Assembly: GCA_963768655.1 (NCBI GenBank)
Contig: CAVYIM010000003.1
Location: 224,001-288,000, forward strand
Reading direction: 5' to 3'
Length of the DNA: 64,000 bases
Origin: an uncultured Chloroflexia bacterium
GTDB taxonomy: Bacteria; Chloroflexota; Limnocylindria; Limnocylindrales; CSP1-4
The position numbers were made by a program, and so were the translations under genes. The notes beneath the pieces were generated by a model that worked only from the letters and a program-made list of their open reading frames with translations, did no database searches and was not told the DNA's origin. Positions 20,270 to 31,668 of the stretch are shown here, piece by piece (within the stretch, counting starts at the first letter, position 1; each line of letters begins with the position of its first letter).

Positions 20270-21601
20270 ATGCACTTCCGCTCCCGTCTCATCGGCGTCC
20301 TGCTCGTTTCGGCGATCGTCGCGGCTGCGTGCGGCTCGTCCCCGGCGACGGTGACGCCGACGCCGGTGCCCACCGCCTCCGTCCTGCCGGCGGCCAGCGT
20401 CACGGCCTCCGCGACGCCCGGCACCACCGCCGGCGCCACGCCCAGTGCCACGCCCGGCGCCACTCCGAACGCCTCGGCGGATCTGGCGACGTACTCCCAG
20501 ATCGAGACGCAAGTGGAAGCGCTGCGCGAGCTGGCGCCCAAGTCACCGGTGACGCCGGTCTTGCTCGACGAGCAGGGTGTGCGCGATTGGATGACCAAGG
20601 CCATGGAGACCGGCGTGGATCACGCCGCCCTGGCCGCCCAGAGCCGCCTGTTCGTACACCTCGGCCTGCTGCCGGCGGGCGCGTCGCTCGAGCAGCTCGA
20701 GCTCGATCTGAACGCCGGACAGGCGATCGGCTTCTACGACGTCGACACGAAGCAGCTCTATCTGCTCTCTCAGTCGGGTGACGTCGGCCCGGAGCAACGG
20801 CTGACCTTCTCACACGAGTTCACTCACGCCCTGCAGGACCAGAACTTCGGGCTCGCCAACCTGGCCATCGACACGGTCGATCAGAGCGACCGGGATCTCG
20901 CGCGGACGGCTCTGCCCGAGGGCGACGCGACGCTCTCGATGACGCAATGGGCCGTGGCCCACATGTCGGTCCTGGACCTGGCGTCGGTCAGCCTCTCCGC
21001 GGCGTCCGGCCCGCAGACCGACCAGCTCGACAACGCGCCGGCGATCCTGCGCGAGGACCTGATGTTCCCGTATCTTGACGGGCTGACCTTCGTCGAGGGC
21101 GTCTATGCCCGCGGCGGCTGGGCGGCGGTCGACAAGCTCTATGCCAGGCCGCCCAGCTCGACGTCGCAGATCCTCCACCCGGCGCTCTATTCCGCCGGCA
21201 TCGGTCCGGTCGCCGTGGCCCTCAACGCCATGCCGGCCACGCTGGGAACCGGCTGGAACCTGGCGTTCCAGGACACCATGGGCGAGCTGCAGCTGCGCGT
21301 CTGGCTCGAGGGCGAGAATCCGACCGACGCTCAGACGACGGCCGCGGACTCGGCCGCGTCCAGCTGGGCCGGCGACAGGATCGGCCTGTACGAAGGCCCG
21401 AATGGAGCGTGGGCGGTGGTCCTGCGAACGCAGTGGCGCAGCGCTGCGGGGCGCACCGCTTTCGTCGCCGCCGCGAATCAGACACTCGAGGGACTCTCCA
21501 GCCCGTCGGCGGTGTGCGGCGATGCCAGCCATGCGGACATCTTCATCGCCTCGGACGCGACCGTCCTCGGGAACTTCACCACCTGCCAGCCGGCAGAGTA
21601 G
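20270..21601 (+). CDS. Lipoprotein with zinc-metallopeptidase HExxH motif
   Basis: Lipobox VAAAC, Pro/Thr/Ala linker, SHEFTHALQDQNF followed by LPEGDA. Confidence 0.75.
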   Translation: MHFRSRLIGVLLVSAIVAAACGSSPATVTPTPVPTASVLPAASVTASATPGTTAGATPSATPGATPNASADLATYSQIETQVEALRELAPKSPVTPVLLDEQGVRDWMTKAMETGVDHAALAAQSRLFVHLGLLPAGASLEQLELDLNAGQAIGFYDVDTKQLYLLSQSGDVGPEQRLTFSHEFTHALQDQNFGLANLAIDTVDQSDRDLARTALPEGDATLSMTQWAVAHMSVLDLASVSLSAASGPQTDQLDNAPAILREDLMFPYLDGLTFVEGVYARGGWAAVDKLYARPPSSTSQILHPALYSAGIGPVAVALNAMPATLGTGWNLAFQDTMGELQLRVWLEGENPTDAQTTAADSAASSWAGDRIGLYEGPNGAWAVVLRTQWRSAAGRTAFVAAANQTLEGLSSPSAVCGDASHADIFIASDATVLGNFTTCQPAE

Positions 21602-21655
21602 CAAGGCCAGTGCGCCCGCGCCGCTGGTCGTGGCGGTAAACGGCAGCGCTCGCCG

Positions 21656-23377
21656 CTACATCGACTCAGGCGCGGAGATGCCCAGCAGGCCGAGGGCACT
21701 GGCGAGGGTCGTCTTCGTGGCTGCGACCAGGGCGAGGCGCGCCGCCGAGCGATCGGGCTCGTCGGGCTCCACGACGCGGGCGTCGCGATAGAAGGCGTGG
21801 AAAGTGGTCGCCAGTTCCGTTGCGTAGGCGGTGATGCCGTGCGTCTCCTCGCTCGAGGCCGCGTCCTCCACGACCTCGGGCAGCCGCACGATCTGGCGGG
21901 CCAGCTGCGCCTCGGGCGCGCCGGAGAGGATCCCGGCCAGCAGCTCCGCCAGGCGCGGGTCGTCCGCGGCTGGCGGAGCCATCCCCGACTCGGCCGCCTT
22001 GCGCAGGATCGAGGCGATTCGAGCGTGGGCGTACTGGACGTAATAGACCGGGTTCTCGCTCGACTGCTTCTTGGCCAGCTCGATGTCGAAGTCGATGCCG
22101 CTCGAAGCCGCGCGTGAGGCGAAGAACCAGCGGGCGGCGTCGACGCCGATCTCGCCGAGCAGCTCGTCGAGAGTGATGAACTCGCCGGTGCGCTTGCTCA
22201 TCGGCACTTCCTTGCCGTCGCGAACGAAGCGGACCCAGGCGGTGAGGATCATCTGGACGCGGTCGCGGTCGAAGCCGAGCGACTGAGCCGCGGCCTTGAC
22301 CCGGGCGACGTAGCCGTGATGATCCTCGCCCCAGATGAAGACGATGCGGTCGTAGCCGCGGCTGAACTTCTCGACGATGTAGCCGATGTCGGCCGCGAAG
22401 TAGGTGGGCGCCGCGTCGTCGGTCGAGCGCAGGATCACCCGGTCCTTGTCGTCGCCGTACTTCGTCGATCGGAAGACGACCGCGCCGTCCTCCTCGTAGA
22501 CGTCGCCGGCGGCGCGCAGTCGATCGACCGCCTTCGCAACCCAGCCGTCCTTATGGAGCGTGCTCTCGGACCGCCAGACGTCGAAATGGCAGCCGAGGTG
22601 CTCGAGGCTGGCCTCGATGCCGGCTCGAACCCGCTCGGATGCCCACCGGCCGACCGCCCATTCGGCCGGCTCGCCCGACGTTTCGGCCGCGGACGCGACT
22701 TCGGCCGGCAGCTCCTTCGCCAGGTCGTAGACGTAGTCGCCGTGGTACCCGTCCTCGGGGATTTCGCAGCCGTCGCGGATGGCCACGACCGAGGCGCCGA
22801 GATTCTTGACCTGGCTGCCGAAATCGTTGAAGTAGTACTCGCGCTCGACATGGTGACCGGCGGACGTCAGGACGCGGCACAGGAGATCGCCGGTGAAGGC
22901 GCCGCGCGCGTTGCCGATGTGGAGCGGCCCGGTGGGGTTGGCCGAGACGAACTCGACGTTGACACGCTCGGGATGTGCGGCGGCGGTGCGGCCCCAGGTG
23001 GCCGGATTGCCCAGGATCTGCCGCGTCGTGGCCGCGAGAGCGTGGTCGGCGAGACGAATGTTGAGGAAGCCGGGCGGCGCGATCTCCACCGAAGCGATCG
23101 GGGAGTTGGGGTCCGTGGCCGTCGTGGCGATGTGCGCGGCGATCGCCGCGGCAATCTGGAGGGGCGCGCGGCGGTAGGGCTTGGCCAGCCGCAGAGCGAT
23201 GCTGCTGGCGAAGTCGCCGCGGCTCGGGTCCGCGGGGCGCTCGATCGTCACGGGCGCGTCGTGCGGCTCGGTTGGTGCGGGCAGGTCGGCCTGGGCGTGC
23301 CCCCACGCGGCCTCGATGGCATCGCGGACCTGCGTTCGCAGGCTAGGGCTCGGGCTGGCCTTCGGATCGGGGGTCAT
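21656..23377 (-). CDS. argS: Arginine--tRNA ligase
   Basis: VEFVSANPTGPLHIGNARG (HIGH-like), YFAADIGY, MSKRTG, NPVYYVQYAHARI. Confidence 0.97.
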   Translation of the reverse strand: MTPDPKASPSPSLRTQVRDAIEAAWGHAQADLPAPTEPHDAPVTIERPADPSRGDFASSIALRLAKPYRRAPLQIAAAIAAHIATTATDPNSPIASVEIAPPGFLNIRLADHALAATTRQILGNPATWGRTAAAHPERVNVEFVSANPTGPLHIGNARGAFTGDLLCRVLTSAGHHVEREYYFNDFGSQVKNLGASVVAIRDGCEIPEDGYHGDYVYDLAKELPAEVASAAETSGEPAEWAVGRWASERVRAGIEASLEHLGCHFDVWRSESTLHKDGWVAKAVDRLRAAGDVYEEDGAVVFRSTKYGDDKDRVILRSTDDAAPTYFAADIGYIVEKFSRGYDRIVFIWGEDHHGYVARVKAAAQSLGFDRDRVQMILTAWVRFVRDGKEVPMSKRTGEFITLDELLGEIGVDAARWFFASRAASSGIDFDIELAKKQSSENPVYYVQYAHARIASILRKAAESGMAPPAADDPRLAELLAGILSGAPEAQLARQIVRLPEVVEDAASSEETHGITAYATELATTFHAFYRDARVVEPDEPDRSAARLALVAATKTTLASALGLLGISAPESM

Positions 23378-23698
23378 GGCCGAATGGTAGCGAGCCCAGC
23401 GCGGCCCCGTTGATCGCAAGGGCAGGTGGCCATGCGGCAGCTGGTCATTCCTCAAGTCCGCAAGGACTGCGAGAGTTCGCCTGGCCTCTCCGCCCCCGAG
23501 GTCATCGTCGCGGTGGCTACCGCGGCATTCGAGCTCGCCGCACAGGTCCCCGAGGCCGACGGTCCGGCATCGGCGCGGTAGCCCGGAGTCGGCGCGACCC
23601 GCCTCGGGCGTTCTGCCGACGCTATGCCGCCCTGGGGCCGGCTGTATAGTCGCGCTCGCGCTCGAGTCTTGTCGACATCAGGGAGATGGGGGACCAAC

Positions 23699-24883
23699 GT
23701 GCAGACTGACGATCGCGAAACCGCGCTCATCTCCTTCGCGCTCGCGATCGCCTTCCTCGAGGTGATCGGCGGGCGCGTGACCGAGTGGCACGTCTGGGTG
23801 CTGGTCGCCCTTCCGTTCGTAGGCCTTGCGTACTGGCGCCTGCGGCGCGCCGGCATCGTCCTTGCCTATCTCGTCGCCAGCGGGCTGGCCCTAAGGCTCG
23901 AGGTCTTCCCGCCCGGCGGCTTCACGAAGTTCAGCGACGCGATTCGGGGCACCTCCGAGGCGATCGCGACGGCGCTGGCCGGCCGTGACCCGTATTGGCA
24001 TGCTTACACCACGACCGACAATCCGGTCCACTTCGTGCCGTATACTCCGGCGCTATTGCTGCTGCACCTGCCGGGCCAGCTCGTCGGAGGCCTGGCCGGC
24101 GTTCAGATGACCCAGATCGTCGCCGCCGGGGTGGTGATGGTCGTCCTCGCCGCGTTCGCCCGGCGGGATCCGCTGCTCGCCGTGGCGGCGCTGGCCGTCT
24201 ATGCCCTGCTGCCGGTCCTGGTTGTCCAGCCAGTGGAGGGTACGAACGACACCGCCGTCGGCGCGGCGGCCCTCCTCGGCGCCTTGGTCCTGGCATGGGC
24301 GGTCCGGGCGCCCACGCGCTCGAGCTTGATCCTCGCGGGGATCGTGCTGGCGCTCACTTTCGGCGCGAAACAGACCGTCACACCCGTAGCGTTCGTCCTG
24401 CTCGCGTATGTAGGTCGGACGACAGGCTGGCGGGCCGCTACCCTGATCGCCGTAGCGGCCGCGGGCACGTTCGTCCTGATCTCGCTGCCGTTCCTGGCGA
24501 TGGGGCCGGGACACTACGTCCGCGCCCTGCTGAGCGTGCTTCTCTACCCGAAGAAGGTTGATGGTTTGAACATCTGGACCGCGTTCAGCGCGCTGGGAAT
24601 GACATTCCCGACCGCGGTCACGACCGCGGTCACCATCTGCGCCACGCTCGCAGCGTTCGCGGTCGCGGTGGCGATCCGCTGGCGGAACTACGGCGAGGCG
24701 ATGCTGGCCGGCTGCGTCGTGGCCGTCGTCCTGCTGGTTACGACACGCTGCACCTACTCGTGCTATATGCCGATGCTCGCGGGTCTCGTTCTCGTTGCCC
24801 CGATGCTGCCCCTCAAGCTTGCCGCCTGGGACTGGCGCGGAGCCGGCGGTGTCACCCAGTCGGTGGATAGCCCGACGCCGTAG
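23699..24883 (+). CDS. GT-C (GT87-like) integral membrane glycosyltransferase
   Basis: Multi-TM; GRDPY, PYTP, EGTND, AKQ motifs; GTG start. Confidence 0.65.
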   Translation: MQTDDRETALISFALAIAFLEVIGGRVTEWHVWVLVALPFVGLAYWRLRRAGIVLAYLVASGLALRLEVFPPGGFTKFSDAIRGTSEAIATALAGRDPYWHAYTTTDNPVHFVPYTPALLLLHLPGQLVGGLAGVQMTQIVAAGVVMVVLAAFARRDPLLAVAALAVYALLPVLVVQPVEGTNDTAVGAAALLGALVLAWAVRAPTRSSLILAGIVLALTFGAKQTVTPVAFVLLAYVGRTTGWRAATLIAVAAAGTFVLISLPFLAMGPGHYVRALLSVLLYPKKVDGLNIWTAFSALGMTFPTAVTTAVTICATLAAFAVAVAIRWRNYGEAMLAGCVVAVVLLVTTRCTYSCYMPMLAGLVLVAPMLPLKLAAWDWRGAGGVTQSVDSPTP

Positions 24884-24970
24884 CGATTGGCTCCGTACGG
24901 CCGTCGGCAAGCAGCGCCCCGCCCGCGCCCAACGCTTTGGCGAGGGGCCCGCTCTCGCCGGCGACGGAAC

Positions 24971-27364
24971 CTAGTACGGCCAGGCCCAGTCGCGGATCTC
25001 CGGCGCGTCCTCGCCCTCGGCGCGGGTGTAGGCCCGGGCTTCGGTGCGCCTGTCCTGCATCAGCTGGCGGACGTGGGCGACCTTTGGGCCGAGGCCGGGG
25101 ATGCGGTCGATGGCGTCGATCACCAGGTGGTAGCGGTCCAGGTCGTTGAGCATGACCATGTCGAACGGGGTGGTGGTCGTGCCCTCTTCCTTGTAGCCGC
25201 GGACGTGGATGTTGTCGTGGCCGTGGCGCCGGTAGGTGAGGCGGTGGATCAGCCACGGGTAGCCGTGATAGGCGAAGACGATCGGCTTGTCCGTCGTGAA
25301 TAGCGAGTCGAACTCCAGGTCGGTCATGCCGTGCGGATGCTCGGTCTCGGGTTCCAGGCGCATCAGGTCGATGACGTTGACGACGCGAACCTTCACGTCC
25401 GGCAGGTACTTGCGCATCAGGTCGACCGCGGCCAGGGTCTCCAGCGTCGGCACGTCGCCGCAGCAGGCCATGACGACGTCGGGCTCGCCGCCCTGATCGT
25501 TGCTGGCCCAATCCCAGATGCCGATGCCGCGGGTGCAGTGCAGGATGGCCTGCTCCATGGTCAGCCAGTTCGGGGCCGGTTGCTTGCCGGCCACGATGAC
25601 GTTGATGTAGTTGCGGCTGCGCAGGCAGTGGTCCGTGACCGAGAGCAGCGTGTTCGCATCCGGCGGGAGGTAGACGCGGATGATCTCGGCCTTCTTGTTG
25701 ACGACGTGGTCGATGAAACCCGGATCCTGATGGGTGAAGCCGTTGTGATCCTGGCGCCACACCAGAGACGAGAGCACGTAGTTGAGCGACGCGATCGGGC
25801 GCCGCCACGGGATGTCGCGCGTCACCTTCAGCCACTTGGCGTGCTGGTTGAACATCGAATCGACGATGTGGATGAAGGCTTCGTAGCAGTTGAACATGCC
25901 GTGCCGGCCGGTCAGCAGGTAGCCCTCGAGCCAGCCCTCGCACTGGTGTTCCGAGAGAACCTCCATCACGCGGCCGTCGACGGAGAGGTGGTTGTCGCCC
26001 GGGATGATCTCCGCGTCCCAGGCCTTGCCGGTCACCTCGAAGATCGCCTGGAAGCGGTTCGAGGCGGTTTCGTCGGGCCCGAACATTCGGAAGTTGTCCT
26101 TGTTGCGGGCCATGATGTCGCGGATGAACGTGCCGGCCACGTAGGTCGCTTCGCTGGTCGAGCCGCCCGGCTTGGGCACGTCGACCGCGTACTCGCGGAA
26201 GTCGGGCATGATCAGCTCGCGCAGCAGCAGGCCGCCGTTGGCGTGCGGGTTGGCGCCCATCCGATGCCGGCCGTGCGGAGCCAGCGCCGCGAGCTCGGGC
26301 CGGAACGTGCCCTTCTCGTCGAACAGCTCCTCGGGCTTGTAGCTGCGCATCCAGGTCTCGAGCAGGTCGCGGTGGCCGGCGTTCGTCCGGGCCTCGTCGA
26401 TCGGGACCTGATGAGCCCGCCACGTGCCCTCGACCGGCAGACCGTCCACGATCTTCGGGCCGGTCCAGCCTTTGGGTGTCCGAAGGACGATCATCGGCCA
26501 CTGCGGGCGGCCCGTCGTCCTGCCCGACCGCGCCGCCGACTGGATCTCGCGTATCTCGTCGAGGACGGTGTCGAGGGTCGCGGCCAGTTGCTGGTGGACG
26601 AGGGCCGGGCGGTTGCCTTCGACGAAGTACGGCTTGTAGCCGTAGCCAACCATCAGGTCGCGCAGCTCACGCTCGGGAATGCGGGCCAGGACCGTCGGGT
26701 TGGCGATCTTGTAGCCGTTGAGATGGAGGATCGGCAGGACGGCGCCGTCGCCCCGCGGGTCGAGGAACTTGTTCGAGTGCCAGCCGGTCGCGGCCGGGCC
26801 CGTCTCGGCCTCCCCGTCGCCGACGATGCAGCAGACCAGCAGATCGGGGTTGTCGAAGGCGGCGCCGTAGGCGTGCGCAAGCGAGTAGCCGAGCTCGCCG
26901 CCCTCGTGGATCGAGCCGGGGGTCTCGGGCGCGACGTGGCTGGGGATGCCGCCCGGGAACGAGAACTGGCGGAATAGCTTGCGCATGCCGTCTTCGTCTC
27001 GGGTGATGCTCGGGTAGAGCTCGGTGTAGCTCCCTTCGAGGTAGGTGTTGGCCACCAGGCCGGGCCCGCCGTGGCCCGGGCCGATGATGTAGATGGCGTT
27101 GAGGTCGCGGGCCTTGATCTCGCGGTTCATGTGGGCGTAGATCAGGTTGAGGCCGGGCGTCGTCCCCCAGTGGCCGAGCAGCCGCGGCTTGATGTCGCCC
27201 GCTTCCAGCGGTCGCCGAAGCAGCGGGTTGTCGAGCAGGTAGATCTGGCCGACGCTGAGGTAGTTGGCGGCGCGCCAGTAAGCGTCGATGAGGCGGAGCT
27301 CGTCGGCCGATAGCGGTCCCGTTGCGGCCCCTGCCGGTCGAGCTGTCATGCCGCTGTCAGCCAT
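24971..27364 (-). CDS. xfp: Phosphoketolase (xylulose-5-P/fructose-6-P)
   Basis: [50 protein letters not shown]. Confidence 0.97.
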   Translation of the reverse strand: MADSGMTARPAGAATGPLSADELRLIDAYWRAANYLSVGQIYLLDNPLLRRPLEAGDIKPRLLGHWGTTPGLNLIYAHMNREIKARDLNAIYIIGPGHGGPGLVANTYLEGSYTELYPSITRDEDGMRKLFRQFSFPGGIPSHVAPETPGSIHEGGELGYSLAHAYGAAFDNPDLLVCCIVGDGEAETGPAATGWHSNKFLDPRGDGAVLPILHLNGYKIANPTVLARIPERELRDLMVGYGYKPYFVEGNRPALVHQQLAATLDTVLDEIREIQSAARSGRTTGRPQWPMIVLRTPKGWTGPKIVDGLPVEGTWRAHQVPIDEARTNAGHRDLLETWMRSYKPEELFDEKGTFRPELAALAPHGRHRMGANPHANGGLLLRELIMPDFREYAVDVPKPGGSTSEATYVAGTFIRDIMARNKDNFRMFGPDETASNRFQAIFEVTGKAWDAEIIPGDNHLSVDGRVMEVLSEHQCEGWLEGYLLTGRHGMFNCYEAFIHIVDSMFNQHAKWLKVTRDIPWRRPIASLNYVLSSLVWRQDHNGFTHQDPGFIDHVVNKKAEIIRVYLPPDANTLLSVTDHCLRSRNYINVIVAGKQPAPNWLTMEQAILHCTRGIGIWDWASNDQGGEPDVVMACCGDVPTLETLAAVDLMRKYLPDVKVRVVNVIDLMRLEPETEHPHGMTDLEFDSLFTTDKPIVFAYHGYPWLIHRLTYRRHGHDNIHVRGYKEEGTTTTPFDMVMLNDLDRYHLVIDAIDRIPGLGPKVAHVRQLMQDRRTEARAYTRAEGEDAPEIRDWAWPY

Positions 27365-27708
27365 GGTCGCGTCTCCTTGGGGTCAGTAGTAGTCGGTGCC
27401 GGTCGGTCTTCCTTCGCAGTCACTCATCTTGAACGAGTCCGGCCGCGATGTCAGGCGAAGCCCGTATTCGGCCGAGCGGCGCCGGCGAAAGCGCCGCGCG
27501 ACTCCGGCGTGCGGCCCGGCCGATTGCCCGCCGGTCGGTCGCGGCCACCAGGCCGACGTATCATCACCTGGCCCAACCGCCGCTCACCGTCACCAGATGA
27601 GGGGCTCCGGGCGCAGGACCTGTCGCAGCCTGGCCGGACGACTCGATCGGAGGCGCCGTCCGCGGCTGCTGCGCGTCGCAGGACGACTCAGCATCGTGAG
27701 GCAACGCG

Positions 27709-28152
27709 GTGGACGTCAGGGGCAAGCTGTGCACCCTCTATCCCATCTCCTGGCAGGGGGCGGCGGTCGCTCCGAAGCAGGTCGACTTCAACGCCGTTAC
27801 CCAAACGTTCCAGAACATCATGGTAGGTGAGCTCAACCAGGCCGGCCTGGACCTGCGTATGCCCGTGGCAGGCGCGCCGGACCAGGAACTGGTCATCCGA
27901 GGACAGATCGTCCGCGCCGATCCGGGGAGCCGGCTGATGCGATGGCTCTTCACCTGGTTCGCGGGCGCGGCGGTCTTCGAGGTCGAGGGTCAGATCGGCG
28001 CCGCGGCGGGCCCGTTCGGCGGGTTCCACGCGAAGGGGACGAGGCGCGCCGGCATAGGCGGCGGGGAGTCCCAGCAGCTGCTCAACGATGCCGCGAAGCT
28101 GGCCGCTCAGGAATTGGCGCGCCAGATCCTGGCCACCCTGGCTGCCCGCTGA
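27709..28152 (+). CDS. DUF4410-like protein
   Basis: IRGQIVRADPGSRLMRWLFTWFAGAA pattern typical of the family. Confidence 0.6.
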   Translation: MDVRGKLCTLYPISWQGAAVAPKQVDFNAVTQTFQNIMVGELNQAGLDLRMPVAGAPDQELVIRGQIVRADPGSRLMRWLFTWFAGAAVFEVEGQIGAAAGPFGGFHAKGTRRAGIGGGESQQLLNDAAKLAAQELARQILATLAAR

Positions 28153-28165
28153 ACGGCCGATTCTC

Positions 28166-28690
28166 ATGAACGAGCCGCCTCCCGGCTATCCGCCCTCCGC
28201 TCCTGCCGCGGGCCCGTCCCCGAGTGGCCCGGCGGCGGCGCCTCCGCCCGCGTACTACCCACCGGCGGTTTACCCGACGCCCTATCCGCCCGTGGCGGCC
28301 CCTCAGCCGGCCTACGCCCCGTATCCCCAGGTCCGATCGCCGCTGCAGTGGAAGGCGTACGTGCGAACCCAGCTCGACGCCGGCCAGCCCGTCGCCACCA
28401 TGCTGCACGAAATGGGAGCCACGGGCGTGAATCAGCAGGATGCCTACCGCCTGGTCGCGGACGTCGTGGGTTCCATGCGCAAGCGAGCCCTGGCGTTCGT
28501 GATCGGGGGCGGCATAGCCGTGCTGATCGGACTCGGGGTCACCCTGGCCACTATGCAGGCGGCTCAGCAGGAGGCCGAAACGTCGGGCAGCGGCATGTAC
28601 GTCATGTGGTGGGGCCCGATCATCTTCGGGGCGATCGCCGCGGTCTACGGCCTGTACCTGCTCGGGCGCGTGCCGAAGCAGAGCCCGTAG
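28166..28690 (+). CDS. Hypothetical membrane protein with Pro/Tyr-rich N-terminus
   Basis: PPPGYPP-type N-terminus; two TM helices (YVMWWGPIIFG). Confidence 0.65.
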   Translation: MNEPPPGYPPSAPAAGPSPSGPAAAPPPAYYPPAVYPTPYPPVAAPQPAYAPYPQVRSPLQWKAYVRTQLDAGQPVATMLHEMGATGVNQQDAYRLVADVVGSMRKRALAFVIGGGIAVLIGLGVTLATMQAAQQEAETSGSGMYVMWWGPIIFGAIAAVYGLYLLGRVPKQSP

Positions 28691-28771
28691 TTCGCGTACG
28701 GCAGGACGAGTGCCGGGGCGGGCGCGTTCGCCTGAAAGTAGACGCTGGGCGCCGGGCGCGCCCGGATGGAG

Positions 28772-29599
28772 CTAGACCTCGAACCGGTCCCCTTCGGTTA
28801 CGAGCTTGACCGGGCCGGCGAAGGCCGCGTGCGCTGCGGCGAGCGCTTCGGCGCGCGAGTAGCCCATCTGGACGTGCGTGATCAGCAAGTGCGCGGCCCG
28901 GCCGTCGGTGGCTGCCCGGCCGGCGGCCCCGGCGTCGAGGTGCTCTGCACCAGCGGGAACGGGCCCGGTCCCGAACGAGGCCTCAGACAGCAGCGTGTCG
29001 CCGGGGCGGATCAGCGGGATCAGGTCGTCGGCCTGGCCGCAGTCGCCGGAATAGACGAGGCCCGGGCCGCTCGACTCGCCCGACTCGCCCGACGCGCCCG
29101 CTCGGCCCGCTCGGCCCGCCGCGCCCTCCGCGCCGGCTCGGCCCGATCCGCCAGCGGCCACGGATACGCGGATCGCGTAGCTCTCGTCCGTGTGGGCGAC
29201 CCGCCGCACCTCCACCTCGAACGGCCCGATGCGAAGCAGCCCCTCGGCCAGCGCCTCGATGTCGAGCGCCTCGGCGGCGAAGCCCTGATGCCCCTCCAGT
29301 GCGTCCAGGCGATCGGCCAGGCCGGCGGGAGCCACGACGCGGGCGCGCCGCGGCGGGCTGAATTCCCACTTCAGGTAGTGGCGCAACGGCACCAGGTCGA
29401 CGAAGTGGTCCGGGTGAAGGTGCGTAACGACCACCGCCGACAGTCGGCTCGGCTCCAGGGTCGAAGCCAGGTTTGGGAATGCGCCCTGACCCAGGTCCAA
29501 GAGAATGGCGGCGCCCTCCCCCCGAATCAGGAAACTCGCCGCGGCCGCGCCGCGACGGTCCGTGTAGGCGGGCCCGGCCCCGATGACGATCAGATCCAT
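28772..29599 (-). CDS. MBL-fold metallo-hydrolase (RNase Z / phosphodiesterase-like)
   Basis: LLDLGQG, THLHPDH, VYSGDCG, LITH. Confidence 0.88.
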   Translation of the reverse strand: MDLIVIGAGPAYTDRRGAAAASFLIRGEGAAILLDLGQGAFPNLASTLEPSRLSAVVVTHLHPDHFVDLVPLRHYLKWEFSPPRRARVVAPAGLADRLDALEGHQGFAAEALDIEALAEGLLRIGPFEVEVRRVAHTDESYAIRVSVAAGGSGRAGAEGAAGRAGRAGASGESGESSGPGLVYSGDCGQADDLIPLIRPGDTLLSEASFGTGPVPAGAEHLDAGAAGRAATDGRAAHLLITHVQMGYSRAEALAAAHAAFAGPVKLVTEGDRFEV

Positions 29600-29646
29600 C
29601 GGCCAAGGGTACGCGCGCCGGGCGAGCCGGCTGTCGGGCAGGCGAC

Positions 29647-30510
29647 TCAGCGCCGGAATCTCTCGGGCAATACGAGGTCGCCGCGGTCGACGGCCCGCTG
29701 CAGCGTCAGGCGGTCGAAGCCCGCGGCGGCCACGATCTCGCAGGCCTCCTCGAGCCCGAAGGCGAAGCAGTTGGGCAGATGCGAGTCCGAGCCGACCGTC
29801 ACGCGCTTCCCGCCCAGCTCGCGGAAGCGGGCCACGACCCAGGGCCCCGGGTACGTCTCGCCGGTCGGATGGCGCAGCCCCGATGCGTTCACCTCCAGGG
29901 CCGTGTCGCTCTCGACGAGCGCGACCAGCAGCGGCTCGTACACCTCCGGAATGGCCGCGTAGTCGGCCGCGGGCCACCACCTGATGAGGTAGCGCTTGAT
30001 CATGTCCAGGTGGCCGATGGTGTCGAACAGGCCGCTCCGGATCGCCGCGGCGACCTCGGCGAAGTACGGCGCCACGGCCTCGGCAAGGGTCTTGCCGGCC
30101 ACGAACGACTCGACGCGCGACCGGCCGTACGGCCCGTCCGACATGTCGTGGACGGTGCCCAGAGCGTAGTCGTACGAGTGCGTCCGCAGGTGCTGGCGGA
30201 TCGCGTCCTCGTGACGGCTCTCGTACGTCAGCTCCACGCCGAATCGGATCGTGACCTTGCCGGCCCATCGTTCGGCGGCGGCGCGGACCTCGCGCTCACG
30301 CCGCCCGTAGTCCGCGTACGCGTAAGCCGGCGCGTCCGGCGAGAAGTCGAGATGGTCCGTGATGGCGATCTCGCGGACGCCGCGCTCGGCGGCCTGGGCG
30401 GCGTAGAGCTCCAGGGGCACCGCCGAGTCGGGGGAGAGCTCGGTGTGGAGGTGGGCGTCGAGCGGGACGTCGAACGCCTGGGCGGGCGGACGTCGGTCGT
30501 TCAGGGGCAT
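29647..30510 (-). CDS. PHP-domain histidinol-phosphatase (HisJ family)
   Basis: DAHLHT, ITDH, GTVH, GHLD, LEVNASG, VGSDSH. Confidence 0.85.
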   Translation of the reverse strand: MPLNDRRPPAQAFDVPLDAHLHTELSPDSAVPLELYAAQAAERGVREIAITDHLDFSPDAPAYAYADYGRREREVRAAAERWAGKVTIRFGVELTYESRHEDAIRQHLRTHSYDYALGTVHDMSDGPYGRSRVESFVAGKTLAEAVAPYFAEVAAAIRSGLFDTIGHLDMIKRYLIRWWPAADYAAIPEVYEPLLVALVESDTALEVNASGLRHPTGETYPGPWVVARFRELGGKRVTVGSDSHLPNCFAFGLEEACEIVAAAGFDRLTLQRAVDRGDLVLPERFRR

Positions 30511-30514
30511 CGGT

Positions 30515-31561
30515 CTAGTCGTACTCACTCCACGGCCGGGACATGAACTTGGCGCCGCAGCGGTAGCACACGGCCAGCGGCTTCCTGCGACGGAGTTCCC
30601 GGAAACGCTCCGCCCGATCGCCGTTCCACAGCTGCTCGATCGTCGCCTCCCTCACGTTCCCGAAGGAATAGTCGACGAAGTCGACGCAGAAGTTGGCCGA
30701 GCCGTCGGGCTGGATGTCGATCAGGCTCTCGACGTTCTGGCAGCGGGCCGAGCCGACCGGGACCTCTGCATCGGCGAACCAGACCCGGAACTGATCCTCG
30801 TCCAGGGGCAGGTAGGGATAGTCCCGAATCCCGCCGAGCGTAGCGTGGTACTGGCGCAACTGGCGCAGGAACTCGTCGAAGTCCACGCCCGAGTCTTCGT
30901 GATGAAACCCGACCCACGAATACGCGCGGCAGCCCAGAGCCCTCAACTCCTCTTCGTACCGCCGCCCCACAGATTCGGGAAAGTAGTAGTAGGGCACGAT
31001 GGAGATCAGATCGATCCCGAGGCTGCGGGCGACCTCCGGCATGACGCCCAGGCCCTTGTACGAGTACTGGCTGATGGTGAAGCAGATCCCCCGACTGATC
31101 TTGCGGCCGGCCACCGCTTCTTCCTCGGCCAGCCTGGCCAGGCCGGCTTCGATCCTGCGGAAGCTGCCCGGTACGCCTCGGACGGCGTCGTGGATCGGTT
31201 CCGGCCCGTCGACCGAGATGGTCAGGTGGAGGTCGCCGATGCGCACGATGTCCGCCGCGAACTGCTCGAGCATGGTTCCGTTCGTGTCGATCGAGATGCC
31301 CATGCCGGTCTCGCGGATATGGTCCAGCAGCTCGATGATGCCGGGAAACATGAAAACCTCTCCGCCGCGTAGCAGGACCGACGGGACGCCGTGGGCGGCG
31401 AGCTCGTCCACGACGCGCTTCCAGTCGGCGAGTGACAGCTCGTTCTTCAGGCTCTCGGGGTTGCCGCGGACGTAGCCCTGCTTGCTCCACTGGCCGCACA
31501 TCTGGCAGCGCAGATTGCAGTGGTTGGTGATGGTCAGCGAGGCGCTATGAGGGAAAGTCAT
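30515..31561 (-). CDS. Radical SAM protein with SPASM/twitch domain
   Basis: CNLRCQMC, GGE, ISVDG; C-terminal C...C...GNV...CYRC. Confidence 0.9.
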   Translation of the reverse strand: MTFPHSASLTITNHCNLRCQMCGQWSKQGYVRGNPESLKNELSLADWKRVVDELAAHGVPSVLLRGGEVFMFPGIIELLDHIRETGMGISIDTNGTMLEQFAADIVRIGDLHLTISVDGPEPIHDAVRGVPGSFRRIEAGLARLAEEEAVAGRKISRGICFTISQYSYKGLGVMPEVARSLGIDLISIVPYYYFPESVGRRYEEELRALGCRAYSWVGFHHEDSGVDFDEFLRQLRQYHATLGGIRDYPYLPLDEDQFRVWFADAEVPVGSARCQNVESLIDIQPDGSANFCVDFVDYSFGNVREATIEQLWNGDRAERFRELRRRKPLAVCYRCGAKFMSRPWSEYD

Positions 31562-31668
31562 TCACGCGCCTCTGTGTGTTCGGCCAGACCGGCAACGGGC
31601 AGGCGATCGCCGGGCTGCGGCCCCATCGGCAGCGGATCGGCTGGCCCGTCGGGCCAGGCGCCTCTCCA

